Virus record (IMG/VR): IMGVR_UViG_3300034392_000002
Source of the DNA: a virus
Length of the DNA: 62,929 bases
Direction: 5' to 3' (one strand)
The notes beneath the pieces were generated by a model, which worked only from the letters and a program-made list of their open reading frames with translations, was not told the origin of the DNA and made no database searches. Positions 62,141 through 62,929 of this stretch are shown piece by piece (within the stretch, counting starts at the first letter, position 1; each line of letters opens with the position of its first letter). The position numbers and the translations under genes are program-made.

Positions 62141-62389
62141 TTACTTGCGCTTCTTCGTCGCCGATGTCTTCGATGGTTGTTTCTTGCTGTTGCCATTTTC
62201 GGCGTGAACAGCCGGAGGCTTACCGCGCGGCTTGTGCTCGAAGTTGTCCACATCAGCCGCTCGAATCATATAGAGAGGCCCGAACTTCTGTGCTGGCAGC
62301 CGGTCTGCTGTAATCAGATAGCGGACCCACTTCACACTCCGACCCATCCTTTTCGCAGCTTCTTGCGTTGTTAATAGTTCGTCGCTCAT
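62141..62389 (-). CDS. excisionase/MerR-type HTH protein with a basic tail, probably leaderless
   Basis: LLTTQEAAKRMGRSVKWVRYLITADRLPAQKFG; no SD; the ATG lies ~10 nt from a -10-like hexamer. Confidence 0.6.
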   Translation of the reverse strand: MSDELLTTQEAAKRMGRSVKWVRYLITADRLPAQKFGPLYMIRAADVDNFEHKPRGKPPAVHAENGNSKKQPSKTSATKKRK

Positions 62390-62397
62390 GGCGAACG

Positions 62398-62427
62398 ATA
62401 ATATAGCCTCGCGGCTAGTTTTTGCAA
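62398..62427 (-). promoter_or_regulatory. Leftward promoter candidate (TTGCAA - 16 nt - TATATT) overlapping operator copy 1
   Basis: Read on the minus strand; operator TATAGCC-TCGC-GGCTA at 62402..62417. Confidence 0.5.
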
Positions 62428-62519
62428 TATTTATTTTTCGTGTTGAAGAAAACCATACAAAAACCCAGCAAATTCACACCTTTTTATTCCTCAAATAAAA
62501 AGACATTTCCTTAAATATG

Positions 62520-62548
62520 TTGACTAATTATAGCCGCGAGGCTATAAT
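62520..62548 (+). promoter_or_regulatory. Near-consensus sigma70-type rightward promoter TTGACT - 17 nt - TATAAT overlapping operator copy 2
   Basis: ttgact (62520..62525), tataat (62543..62548); palindrome TATAGCC-GCGA-GGCTATA at 62529..62546. Confidence 0.7.
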
Positions 62549-62802
62549 TCTCAGTGTTAGGACGGTTGTTTGACAAGAGGACGGCGAGAGGCGCTGAAGG
62601 CGAACGAGGAAAAGGGCGTGAGAGTCACCCGCAGCCACAGCACAAACCGTTATGGGGTCGCACCCCACCGAACAGCGCAGGCCGCAAGGCTTGGAAGTCG
62701 TCGCAGAGTAAGCCTCGTCTAATTCACGAGCATTGATCTGACCACAGATTAAGACGCGGATAAGTCCAACCATCAGGTTCCACACTAACAACTCGCACTC
62801 AT

Positions 62803-62929
62803 TCAACATTCCAACCTTCAAGAAAGAGAGACACCGACCATGACGCAGACCCTACAGCCTACTTTCGTACCGCTCGACCAGCTCGGCAAACATATCGTTA
62901 GTCAATCAACCGCCGACGTGCTTGAGCGC
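62803..62929. repeat. Terminal direct repeat copy 2, identical to 1..127
   Basis: Exact 127-bp identity with the window start. Confidence 0.95.

Noticed and set aside
62528-62821. 97-aa minus-strand ORF and 60-aa plus-strand ORF (62554..62736) in the leader region
   Set aside because: Neither has an RBS. One starts at a non-ATG codon directly at the promoter, and the other runs antisense to the early transcript. The region is treated as untranslated leader.

Overview
The window is a complete, closed replicon of 62,802 unique bp. Bases 1..127 are repeated exactly at 62803..62929, and gene 38..238 restarts at 62840. The content is a GC-rich tailed-phage genome with lambdoid gene order and a siphovirus-type tail module, and it also carries plasmid-like maintenance genes. 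No rRNA, tRNA, CRISPR array or reverse transcriptase was recognised.

Layout:
- 62520 -> 9383 (+ strand): a near-consensus promoter at 62520..62548 drives a rightward block. It encodes a SWIM-like protein, Lys/Ala-rich proteins, a large adenine-methyltransferase fusion, a large ParB-domain protein and a terminator-flanked moron region with secreted or zinc-ribbon proteins.
- 9486..34735 (- strand): the morphogenesis block. Read in transcription order it runs TerS-like, TerL, portal, protease/scaffold, decoration protein, major capsid, neck genes, a 1631-aa tape measure, tail-tip proteins and two tail-fibre-like proteins.
- 34754..39074 (- strand): holin, amidase, two spanin-like genes and a CheY-like receiver, then a ParB-fold gene with a truncated DpdA-like and a truncated FolE-like ORF, then a small membrane protein.
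- 39250..56845 (- strand): the long cro-side operon. It includes a lambda-O-like initiator with four palindromic iterons plus an AT-rich tract inside its own gene, an AAA_24/SWIM ATPase, a Vsr-like nuclease, a tyrosine recombinase, a Gp37/Gp68 protein, a HerA-like ATPase and an HslV/proteasome-type Ntn hydrolase.
- 56564..59725: the immunity region, with divergent cro-like and cI-like HTH genes, a TPR plus Fis-HTH regulator and a divergent small secreted peptide.
- 59823..62389 (- strand): an excisionase-type HTH gene, ParA, and a second O-like initiator paralogue.

Most interesting non-obvious signals:
1. Two copies of a 27-bp element, each exactly 23 nt from a CATAAT hexamer, ahead of the lysis genes and ahead of the head genes.
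2. Two homologous intergenic hairpins with an identical 11-nt loop and fully compensated stems.
3. A phage HslV-like peptidase with canonical T1/D17/K33 spacing.
4. A decayed 7-deazaguanine-type (ParB-fold / DpdA / FolE) module.
5. A roughly 70-aa module shared by the portal N-terminus and the scaffold C-terminus, ending in SGRSSVE.
6. A DNA motif repeated in different reading frames inside the second initiator gene next to parA.

All functional calls come from motif recognition by eye. No database search was run.
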